From Pristiophorus japonicus (Eukaryota), in NCBI RefSeq assembly GCF_044704955.1, contig NC_091984.1:227416001-227480000 (forward strand): a DNA stretch of 64,000 nucleotides. The letters run 5' to 3'. Shown here piece by piece: positions 47,185 to 57,482 of this stretch (within the stretch, counting starts at the first letter, position 1; each line of letters starts with the position of its first letter). Under the pieces are notes generated by a model. It did no database searches and was not told the origin of the DNA. It saw only the letters and a list, made by a program, of their open reading frames with translations. The position numbers and the translations under genes are program-made.

Positions 47185-47472
47185 AATGTTTCAGGTCGAT
47201 GATCTTTCATCAGAATGGTCATCAGGACTGGGTCGGTGTTGAAGACAGTTGCTGAGAAAGGAGACGTGGCTGTGAAGGTGAGTTTCGGAAAGCGCGCGAT
47301 CAAACACGAGAAGGGAAGCTGATCGCAATGAAGGTGAACCGGCGAAAAGAGACAAACGAAAATCTCATTGGAAAGAAGAGCAGAACCTCTTCAAGGTCGA
47401 CGTTCCTGACAGAGAAGCAGCAGCGAATTAAAAGTAAAATGCTGCGGATACTGGAAATCTGAAATAAACAGG

Positions 47473-49737
47473 GAAACATAGAAACATAGAAACATAGAAA
47501 ATAGGTGCAGGAGCAGGCCATTCGGCCCTTCGAGCCTGCACCGCCATTCAATAAGCTCATGGCTGATCATGCAACTTCAGTACCCCATTCCTGCTTTCTC
47601 GCCATACCCCTTGATCCCCCTAGTAGTAAGGACTACATCGAACTCCTTTTTGAATATATTTAGTGAATTGGCCTCAACAACTTTCTGTGGTAGACAATTC
47701 CACAGATTCACCATTCTCTGGGTGAAGAAGTTTCTCCTCATAGAAACATAGAAACATAGAAAATAGATGCAGGAGTAGGCCATTCGGCCCTTCTAGCCTG
47801 CACCACCATTCAATGAGTTGATGGCTGAACATGCAACTTCAGTACCCCATTCCTGCTTTCTCGCCATACCCCTTGATCCCCCTAGTAGTAAGGACTACAT
47901 CTAACTCCTTTTTGAATATATTTAGTGAATTGGCCTCAACAACTTTCTGTGGTAGACAATTCCACAGGTTCACCACTCTCTGGGTGAAGAAGTTTCTCCT
48001 CATCTCGGTCCTAAATGGCTTACCCCTTATCCTTAGACTGTGACCCCTGGTTCTGGACTTCCCCAACATTGGGAACATTCTTCCTTCATCTAACCTGTCT
48101 AAACCCGTCAGAATTTTAAACGTTTATATGAGATCCCCTCTCATTCTTCTGAACTCCAGTGAATACAAGTCCAGTTGATCCAGTCTTTCTTGATGTGTCA
48201 GTCCAGCCATCCCGGGAATCAGTCTGGTGAACCTTTGCTGCACTCCCTCAATAGCAAGAATGTCCTTCCTCAGATTAGGAAACCAAAACTGTACACAATA
48301 CTCCAGGTGTGGCCTCACCAAGGCCCTGTACAACTGTAGCAACACCTCCCTGCTCCTGTACTCAAATCCCCTCGCTATGAAGGCCAACATGCCATTTGCT
48401 TTCTTAACCGCCTGCTGTACCTGCATGCCAACCTTCAATGACTGATGTACCATGACACCCAGGTCTCGTTGTCCTCCCCTTTTCCTAATCTGTCACCATT
48501 CAGATAATAGTCTGTCTCTCTGTTTTTACCACCAAAGTTGATAATCTCACATTTATCCACATTATACTTCATCTGCCATGCATTTGCCCACTCACCTAAC
48601 CTATCCAAGTCACTCTGCAGCCTCATAGCATCCTCCTCGCAGCTCACACTGCCACCCAACTTAGTGTCATCCGCAAATTTGGAGATACTACATTTAATCC
48701 CCTCGTCTAAATCGTTAATGTACAATGTAAACAGCTGGGGCCCCAGCACAGAACCTTGCGGTACCCCACTAGTCACTGCCTGCCATTCTGAAAAGTACCC
48801 ATTTACTCCTACTCTTTGCTTCCTGTCTGCCAACCAGTTCTCAATCCATGTCAGCACACTACCCCCAATCCCATGTGCTTTAACTTTGCACATTAATCTC
48901 TTGTGTGGGACCTTGTCAAAAGCCTCCTGAAAGTCCAAATACACCACATCAACTGGTTCTCCCTTGTCCACTCGACTGGAAACATCCTCAAAAAATTCCA
49001 GAAGATTTGTCAAGCATGATTTCCCTTTCACAAATCCATGCTGACTTGGACCTATCATGTCACCTCTTTCCAAATGCGCTGCTATGACATCCTTAATAAT
49101 TGATTCCATCATTTTACCCACTACCGATGTCAGGCTGACCGGTCTATAATTACCTGTTTTCTCTCTCCCTCCTTTTTTAAAAAGTGGGGTTGCATTGGTT
49201 ACCCTCCACTCCATAGGAACCGATCCAGAGTCTATGGAATGTTGGAAAATGACTGTCAATGCATCCGCTATTTCCAAGGCCACCTCCTTAAGTACTCTGG
49301 GATGCAGTCCATCAGGCCCTGGGGATTTATCGGCCTTCAATCCCATCAATTTCCCCAACACAATTTCCCGACTAATAAGGATTTCCCTCAGTTCCTCCTT
49401 CTTACTAGACCCTCTGACCCCTTTTATATCTGGAAGGTTGTTTGTGTCCTCCTTAGTGAATACCGAACCAAAGTACTTGTTCAATTGGTCTGCCATTTCT
49501 TTGTTCCCCGTTATGACTTCCCCTGCTTCTGACTGCAGGGGACCTACGTTTGTCTTGACTAACCTTTTTCTCTTTACATATCTATAGAAGTTTTTGCAGT
49601 CCGTCTTAATGTTCCCTGCAAGCTTCCTCACGTACTCTATTTTCCCTGCCCTAATCAAATCCTTTGTCCTCCTCTGCTGAGCTCTAAATTTCTCCCAGTC
49701 CCCGGGTTCGCTGCTATTTCTGGCCAATTTGTATGCC
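47473..49737 (-). mobile_element. Young CR1, 5'-truncated, with tandemly repeated 3' end
   Basis: About 420 open ORF2 codons (SPGPDG, NYRPVSL, DFQEAFDKVPH, FADD); frameshift near 48470; two tails at 47473 and 47741. Confidence 0.96.
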
Positions 49738-49787
49738 TTGCTGGGAACACTCAGCAGGTCAGGCAGCATCTGTGGAGAGAGAAACAG

Positions 49788-49824
49788 AGTTAACGTTTCA
49801 GGTTGGTGACCCTTCGTCAGAACT
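49788..49824 (-). ncRNA. Minimal type-I hammerhead ribozyme motif (Penelope type)
   Basis: Minus strand AGTT-CTGACGA-AGGGTCACCAACCT-GAAAC-GTT-AACT: core CUGAnGA and GAAA, stem II GGT/ACC, stem I AGTT/AACT, palindromic AACGTT stem III. Confidence 0.7.
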
Positions 49825-50554
49825 GGAAGAAGTTGGAGATTTAACAAGTACAGAGCCAGGGGAAATAGTGCGGGGGTGGGGTGGAGATCTGTCATCGAGT
49901 GGAGGTAGAGAGGAGGAGATGATTAAATGAAAAAAGGGGTGATGGTGCAAGGGAAAAGGGAATGGGGTAATGGGACAATAAAGAAACATTGGCCTGGAAA
50001 TGCCTCTGGGGGTCTTCAGCTTTACAGATCGGAAAAGCCAGCTTTCAACGCATGTGCATTGCGCATTGAAAACCGGCTTTTCCGATGCCTTTCTGGGTCC
50101 GTAGAAACTTCGTACAGGTCCAGGACATCGGAAATTCTGCCCCAAAAGATGGGTCCAGAGAGGATGTAAATGGCAACAGCAGAATCATTACCAACACCCG
50201 CTGCCTGAGAAAATGGGAACAGTGATTATGGTCTAAAGTTGTTGAATTCAATGTTGAGGCCAGAAGTATGTGAAGTGCCCAATAGCAAGATGTTTCATCT
50301 CAAGCCTTTCTTGGATGAGTGAAAGAAGCAGATTCACGTTTGGTCAGACCAGGACAAGCATGCAACCAATGGGGACTTGAGTTGAGAAATCCAGGTGAAG
50401 GGCCAAGGCACCATAGTTCAGGCCACTGCCAAGGTTTAAAAGAGTAGGAGAGGAAATGAGATGCATTATGTCAGGAAATAGCAGTTAACTGACAATACAT
50501 TTGTCTTTTAAAAGCCAATAGGTTGGAGGAGCAAAGACTAAAGGCGATAAGGAG

Positions 50555-50946
50555 TTAAAATTCTCATTCTTGTTTTCAAATCCCTCCATGGCCTCGCCCC
50601 TCCCCATCTCTGTAACCTCCTCCAACCCTCTAACCTTCTGAGATATCTGTTCTCCTCCAATTCTGGCGTCTTGTGCAATCCCGATTATAATCGCTCCACC
50701 ATCGGTGGCCGTGTCTTCAGCTGCCTGGACCCCAAGCGCTGGAATTTCTTCCCTAAACCTCTCCGCCTCTCTCTCCTCCTTTAAGACGCTCCTTAAAACC
50801 TTCCTCTTTGACCAAGCTTTTGGTCACATGTTCTAATATCTCCTTATGTGGCTCAGTGTTAAACTTTGTATGATAATCGCTCCCGTGAAGCGCCTTGGGA
50901 CATTTTACTACGTCAACGGGGCTATAGAAATGCAAGTTGTTGTTAT
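50555..50946 (+). mobile_element. L2-clade LINE 3' end
   Basis: KILILVFKSLHGLAP..GGRVFSCLDPKRWN..SSFKTLLKTFLF; tail AAGCGCCTTGGGAC..GCTATAGAAATGCAAG(TTG)n. Confidence 0.88.
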
Positions 50947-51483
50947 ATTATTTTGAATTTCTCGGGAAAGAATGAGTTGGAGTGCAGTGAGTCTCCCTCA
51001 ATGGCTCGGAATCTATTTCACTGTCTGTTTCCATTTGTGAAAAGCGCCTCGAGATGTCTTATACACTAACGGAGGTATTATAAAGGCGACCTTTGTATTA
51101 AAATTCCCGGCTGTTGCAACGACCTTGTCCTCTGCCAGTGATATCCAGAAAACGGGATAGAATAGGGGGCAAAGATATGCCATCTCCAGCTGCGTGTGTG
51201 TGCATTTTGTATTCTCAATCACGGAGCTAAGTGACACCTCACAGAACAGCAGCAAAATAAATGATGCAATGAATAATTTGTGAATTATTTAAATATTTAA
51301 AAGTCAAATTCAGATAAACATATGACTTGTTTACCGAGAAATGTGATGGGTGAACCTGGAATATTGAAATGCAAATCGGAATGTTGGAGACGGCAGCTGA
51401 GTTGAATCTGGGCCAGCCGGCAATATTCTCCTTCACATCTTGAATTCTCACTCAGATTCCCACCCGTCCTTCTCCCACACTCT

Positions 51484-51810
51484 GTGCTCGAAATTCAGTT
51501 CCTTACGCCATCCGTTACCGCCGGAGACGGGAGGGGCTAAGTACTTACCGTCGGCGGAGACCGGGTTCCTCGGCTCACGTTAAATTTATTTGAGCGGTGG
51601 GGGTGGCGCCAAAACGTACTGCTGCGCGTTTGGCCGCCACCCACGTGGTGACATCATCGAGCGCGCAACGCCCCCTTGCCGCCGACGCTGCAATATTTGG
51701 TGCGTACGGTGGCCTTACTGGCAGGCGTCCGTACGGCCTGGGAAAGGTGGCGGGACATCGGGGGTCCCGGGTCGTGGCGTCCAGGGATCAAGGTAAGTGG
51801 TGATGTTTAA
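51484..51810. mobile_element. GC-rich MITE-like fragment
   Basis: GCTCGAAATTC terminus-like start, CpG-rich arm, AGGTAAGT at 51791; right end not identified. Confidence 0.5.
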
Positions 51811-52758
51811 TTTTTGGGGCAGTTAGGTATTAATGGGACCAATTGTCGACAGCTCCAAGTAACTTCAATGTCGGCGGACAAACCATTTATTGAAGTTTTC
51901 ACCTCATGCCCTGTGGCACTGACACAAAGCCTTAGTTGACAAAGTTAGTAAAATACTAACCCTGCACTCCATAAATAAGCTCCTAGGAACCATTTCAAAG
52001 AATATTAATTCGGGGCCAAAAATCTCTGACAGAACCATAAACTCATCCGGAGTCCACGAGAGCAGCTGGAAACTAGTCCGAGACTCAAGCGCCAACCTGC
52101 CGTCACAGGTTCCCAAGGTGGCCTTATGGGTCTGGGTCTCTCCCTGCCCATTCACAAGGCCATCTCCAAGATTTTCACAACAAATAAATGAAAATGTTAT
52201 GAAAAAATGAACAAAAGCACCATTTATTTTATTTTAATGCCTCTATGATTTTTCTCCTGGGTATTTTTGCTTGCGTAAGTGCCTTGGAGATTAATCTTCA
52301 ATTCCTGGAGACTCCAGGGCAATCCTGGAGGGTTGGCAACCCCTCCGCCCAGGCCGGTTAGGGACCTAATGGTCTGCACATTTATACCTGATGAGACCAG
52401 GGTTGCCGGGCAACCAGCAGGTGGTTGTGGGGCCCACCTTGGGCGGGGGGGGGGGGGGGTAGTCCAGGTCAGGCCGAGACCCAGACCCACCCACCCAGGT
52501 TCTGGGATCTTCTGGGCTTGACCCACCTTCCAGCCTGCTAGAGCCATGTAGATTGAGCGACCTCTCGTTGACCTCCGATGAACTCTGCGGTGGCCGGCGG
52601 TGAGTGGACCTCAGCACTTGGGCCGCGGGGTACAGTCCAGCAGCCCTTCAGGATCACTTATTCTGTCTGTCGTTTCTCCCCCTCGTTCTTTCAACTTCCC
52701 TTTTCATTATTTTAAATATATTTTCCCCGGACCGTGGAAACCTAATTTAACACTTTTT

Positions 52759-53390
52759 GGGGGCCAGAATTCCCTGGTTGGGGGGGGGGGGGGGCGCGGC
52801 GGTAACGTCTCCGGGACCCGACATTCTGCGCCCGCCCCGGAAGCCAAATTGGGGTTACCGCCCCTGACAGGAAGTGGAGCCCAATGTCGCGCCCTTCGCT
52901 TCCTCTTGGAGCGGGATCAGGGGGCGCTACCCTGGACGCATTGCGGCCTCTCCGCGCAGCGCCGACGCATTCCACCGCCCCTCCCCTTCCAGTTGAAGGG
53001 GAGGGCAGGCTGCGAGACTCTGCGGGCCCTGTGATGGACCTCCAGTGGGGCCACCGGGGATGAGTGGAGGGGCGGGCTGCACGCTCGCGGCCCGAGCCTC
53101 GCGACATCGCTGCAAAAAAGCAGTCCCCAACCGCTAAGCGCGGGGGTAAAAAAAACAAGGTGGCGGCGCGGAGTGCAGTGCACCTGCCCCTGCGACGTTC
53201 GCCCTCGCGAAGGGAGTGCGGCCCCGATTGGCGACCCGCACGCTTGGCGCGGGCATGGCTGGGCAATTTCCGCCGCGGGGAGGGAAGGGGGTGGGCGCGC
53301 ACGGCGATGACATCATCATTGCTGGCGCAGCGGCCCGGGGCGCTACTACAGCCGCTAACACCCGCGGGGATGCTAACGGGAGGCGCTCAA
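52759..53390. mobile_element. GC-rich MITE, right end truncated
   Basis: Starts GGGGGCCAGAATTC; GACATTCTGCGCC, GAAGGGGAGGG and GATGACATCATC motifs as in 46472-47184. Confidence 0.72.
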
Positions 53391-53867
53391 CATAATTGTA
53401 CATCTTTGTACCACAGAGCAATAGCTCATTAAAACTCGTACACGCGCGCACCCTCACCCTCCAACTCCACTGCACTTGATGGCTACACTTGCTTTTCAAT
53501 CCCTGTGACTAACGGCACTTCAGCTGATCCGGTTATGGTAATAAAGTCATAATTCATATCGATATTAGACTAAAACCGAACGCATTTTAGTTAAAAGTGC
53601 CACCTGGAGATACAGTTAAAACAGACAGCTTTGTTAAACATACATACCTTCCCCAGAAAGCCTCTTCAGTGTTAACCCGAGCTACCTTTAAGCTGTCTGG
53701 GTTTCAATCCTTCACCCATCATTGCTGATTTCTTTGAATTTAAGTTCCACTTGAGTATTTTTTTCCGTGACATACCATTTAAAATTCTTCTGTTCGCTTT
53801 CCTTTTTTGATTCCTTTTTAAAATATGCACCAATTTGGCTGCTACGCTGTAAAGCAATGCAGGAATA

Positions 53868-54230
53868 CAGTGGCACAGTGGTTATGTTACTGGACGAGTA
53901 ATCCCGAGACCCGAACTATCGATCCAGGGACACGAGTTCAAATCCCACCCACGGCAGCTGTGGGTATTTAAATTCAGTTAATTAAATAAATCTGGTGACC
54001 ATGAAACTACTGGATTGCCGCAAAAACCCACTTGGTTCGCTAATGTCTCTTTAGGGAAGGGAATCTGCCGGTCTGGGCCTTTTTGTGACTCCAGACCCAC
54101 AGCTATGGGGTTGACTCTGAAATGGTCTAGCGAGCCACTCAGTTATATGCACCACCACCTTCTCAAGGGCAATTAGGGATGGGCAATAAATGCAGGCCTT
54201 GCTAGCGACGCCCACATCCCGAGAATGAAT
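53868..54230 (+). mobile_element. Second tRNA-SINE family copy
   Basis: GTGGTTATGTTACTGGAC head, GAGTTCAAATCCC box B, CACCACCTTCTCAAGGGCAATTAGGGATGGGCAATAAATGC tail. Confidence 0.85.
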
Positions 54231-54235
54231 AATAA

Positions 54236-54780
54236 AGGAATGTAGGAACAGCAGTTGGCCATTCTACCCTCGAGCCTGTTCCACCATTCAGTGAGGTCAT
54301 GGCTGATCTGTACCTCAACATTTAGCCACCTTAGTTCCATAATTCCTTGATAATCTGAAGAGCAATCCAGTCAGTCCCATTCTCCCGCTCTATTCCCGTT
54401 GCCCTGCAAGTTCATTTCTCTCAAGTGCTCCTCCAATTTCCTTTTGAGATCATTGATCGTCTCCGCTTCCACCAACTTCATCAGCAGCGAGTTCCAGGTC
54501 ATTACGAGTTCTTCCTCACATCCCCCTGTATCTCTTGACGAAAACCTTAACTCTGTGTCCCCTAGTCCTTGTACCACCAGCTAATGGAAACAGCCTTTCT
54601 CTGTCTACTTTATCCAAACCCGTCATAATCTTGTGCACCGCCATCAAATCTCCCCTCAGCCTCCGTTACTCCAAGGAGAACAACCCCAGCTTATCCAACC
54701 TAACCTTGTGGCTAAAATCCTTCATCCCTGGAACCATTCTGGCAAACCTCCTCCGCACCCTCTCAAGGACCTTCACATCC
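54236..54780 (-). mobile_element. CR1 3' fragment(s), older
   Basis: WNSL..VEAETINDLKRKL; GLFSLE-type coding; GGAATGTAGGAACAG tail. Confidence 0.8.
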
Positions 54781-55065
54781 AAGATGTTGACGAAGCTTGT
54801 CTGTAATGACCCCCATGGTCAAATAGTCTGCCAGCACTCAGTGACCAGGCTTATGCGTGAAGGTTAGACCCTTGGATGTTGCAGTGAAGGGTTGCTGGCA
54901 CCTTCGGAACTCTACCAAAGGAAGGAGTCTGCAGCATCCCCGAGGAGGGGACAAAACGGAGGTGATTAAAAATGGGTTGGGCTTTCTCTGCTATTTCCTG
55001 TCACCCAGAAGCACATGAGCGAACATTCACCCAGTAGACGGATTTCACCAAAACGTTTCCTCTTT

Positions 55066-55182
55066 AATACAAACAGCAAATGCAGGAAACGCTCAGCGGG
55101 TCAGGGCAGCATCTGCAGAGAGAGAAACAGAGTTAATGTTTCAGGTCGATGACCCTTCGTCAGAAGTAGCAAAAGTTACAGA
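55066..55182 (-). mobile_element. Penelope terminal-repeat fragment with degenerate hammerhead motif
   Basis: Near copy of 49739-49835; minus CTGACGA-AGGGTCATCGACCT-GAAAC-ATT. Confidence 0.72.
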
Positions 55183-55184
55183 TG

Positions 55185-55775
55185 CGCGCTAGCGGGGCGG
55201 ACGGATCGGGAGCGGGAGCGGACGGGTCGGGAGCGGGCACCGTGCTACGCACTGGGTCATGTAGCGCTGCCCTGTCGGAGGGGCTCTGCCCTTCATTAAA
55301 GGGAAGGGCCTAAGCTGCAAGCTCTGCAGTAATGAAAGGGGCCTCCCTGGACCATCGGGGAGTGAGGGTTGCTATGCCAAGAGCCCGACGTCTCACGCAG
55401 AGTGCCGGGCTGACCGATCGCGGCATGGAACCCGCGTTCAAAGCGGCAACGGGGCGCTCAGCAAAATCGGATGAATTTTTTTCTGCATGGCTCACAATTC
55501 CCGGTTAACTCTTGCGCCCCGCGAGCGCCCGGCCGCCCGGTACACGTTCCCCCTTGAAGCGGTCGCTGGGATCGCCTGGCGCGGGTTCGGGGGGGGGGGG
55601 CGATCCCCAATTTAGGGTCCGGGGATGCTAACGGGGTGGCACTACGGGTTACCACTGCCGGAATTTAACGGGAGTCATTCGCGGCAGCGCACCTGGGTGA
55701 ATAGTCGTTTGCGCCCCGTTCGCGCCCCCTGGGGCGGCGTTAACAGGAGGCACAAACGATCTGAATTTCTAGGCC
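55185..55775. mobile_element. GC-rich MITE, left end truncated
   Basis: ATTAAAGGGAAGGG..AAGCTGCAAGCTCTGCAGT..GCAGAGTGCCGGGCTGACCGATCG as in 46668-46791; ends GAATTTCTAGGCC. Confidence 0.78.
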
Positions 55776-56270
55776 TGAATATCAAAAGGGACGATGGTGC
55801 AAGACAAATGGAGATGGTAACGGGCGGGACCCCTCAGTGAAACTGCTGACTCCGTCCTGGGGTACAGTTCCTCTTTAAAGCTGAGTAAGGGAAGCTTTCC
55901 CAGCTTAACAAGAGAATAATTCTATTTGGTGAATGTACCTGGAATCTAATATAGATTTGCAAGTACTTCAGTCAGAAAATATTCCTTAATTACAGATCTG
56001 AGGCACGTGGAATGAGAAAAGAATGGATTCTCTATTTCGACCGGCAGTCTGATTGCAGTTGCACATGCTACATTCATGTCTCCAGCGATAAGCTGTCACC
56101 GTAATGAATCTGGCATTTTCCGTAGTGCGTAGTTCAGATGGGGTCCTTCTTTGCAAGCGTAGCTCAAAGAAGTGATCAATATGCCCCAGGATACCATTAC
56201 CAGGGCAGTTCAACCAGACACTTGGGATTTAAGTTCCTCTCGTAACGGTGTTCTGTGTAAAACCCTTTAA

Positions 56271-56878
56271 GGGCTAGAAATTCGGATCGCGCCGATAACT
56301 GTATTTTTTCGCCCAAATTATCGTTATGGCAACGCTATGGCTACGAGGCCGTAAATTCAAGGTTTAATTTGCACGGCGGTAAAAATCGCCGTTGCACGAG
56401 GATTCGTGGCGCAAACCGCAAATTTTCTGCAACTTTTCTCCGAGGCGGACACCGCTGTGAGTTGGACCGAGGCACGGGGGGGAAAACACCCCCCAAAAAA
56501 TAAATTGCAAAAAACAAAAAATAAAAAAAACCCACAAAAACATTCACAAGACAAGTATCTATCGAATCGCTGCAAAAGAATTAAAAAATAACAACTTTAA
56601 CTTACCTTTCTTTGCAGGTCTCCACACTTACTGCTGATCCAAGGGCTGCAACGCAGATTTTCCCCTGGCAGTTTTTTTCTCGCGCTAAATACGGGTGCGC
56701 TCAGAGCCAAATTTTGGGCGAAAGTGATATTTCGAGTCTTGCACGGCGGCGCTCCTCTCTCCAGCGGTGTCTGAAAAGCTGCAAAACTTCTCCGGATTTT
56801 CCGCCACACCGTTTTTTTTGCCAAAAACGGCGAAATAGCGCCGAAAGACCGGTTGCAAGGTCCGCGAATTTTTAGCCC
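56271..56878. mobile_element. GC-rich MITE
   Basis: TIR GGGCTAGAAATTCG / CGAATTTTTAGCCC (13/14); internal ACTTACCT at 56600. Confidence 0.82.
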
Positions 56879-57027
56879 TTTCGGCGCTATTTCAAAGCAG
56901 TCGTGCAGCTGGCTATTTAAAACAAGTCAACGGCCGGTAAATACACCACAAGGACGTTTTACGGGCTTGTGTTAAGCAGAGGGCCCGAGAGCATTTTGTT
57001 GAGCAGAAACCAAATGTGCGTAATAAG

Positions 57028-57299
57028 TCATTTATTTCCCATCCCTAATTGCCCCTCGAGAAGGTGGTGGTGAGCCGCCTTCTTGAACCGCTGCAGTCCG
57101 TGTGGTGAAGGTGCTCCCACAGTGCTGTTAGGGAGGGAGTTCCAGGATTTTGATGATGAAGGAACGGACGATATATTTCCAAGTTGGGATGGTGTGTGAC
57201 TTGGAGGGGAACTTGGAGGAGATAGTGCTCCCATGCGCCTGCTGCCCTCGTCCTTCTCGGTGCTGGAGGTCGTGGGTTCGGGAGGTGCTTGCTCTGCAC
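57028..57299 (-). mobile_element. 3' fragment of a CR1-group LINE (partner of the second SINE family)
   Basis: HLPNPRP..RRTRAA..; SKSWNSLPNSTVG..GLQRFKKAAHHHLL. Confidence 0.85.
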
Positions 57300-57482
57300 T
57301 GAGTTAGTTGACTGGTGGGAGTACTTTTAACACATGGACTAGGGCGGAGGAGAAGAATTACCCAGGACTCCTGACCCCGACTGCGAAGTACTTGTGTGAA
57401 CGTCTGGTGAGAACTGGATTGGGCTAAGATGCGATGTTCAACACAGTCAAACAGCCTGCCAACGCGCATGAAGAATGATCCC

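Larger units (their letters stand above)
47430..50292 (-). mobile_element. Penelope-like element 3' end / pseudo-LTR, split by CR1 (47473-49737) and a MITE fragment (~49990-50142)
   Basis: Minus-strand ..SGLNIEFNNFRP* (GIY-YIG C-terminus type) at ~50226-50262, pyrimidine-rich UTR, hammerhead core, continuation GCTGCGGATACTGGAAATCTGAAATAAA at 47440-47468. Confidence 0.7.

Noticed and set aside
47226-47277. Short exon TGSVLKTVAEKGDVAVK with AAG|GTGAGT donor
   Set aside because: Acceptor lacks a pyrimidine tract, the peptide is unrecognised, and it lies between Penelope fragments
48435-49895. 486-aa gene
   Set aside because: Chance fusion of Penelope UTR sequence to a 5'-truncated CR1 ORF2; no endonuclease, and frameshifted downstream
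52742-53499. Host CpG-island promoter or GC-rich ORFs (also 43724, 46472, 55185)
   Set aside because: Sequence is shared among dispersed TIR-bounded repeats; ORFs are GC-content artefacts
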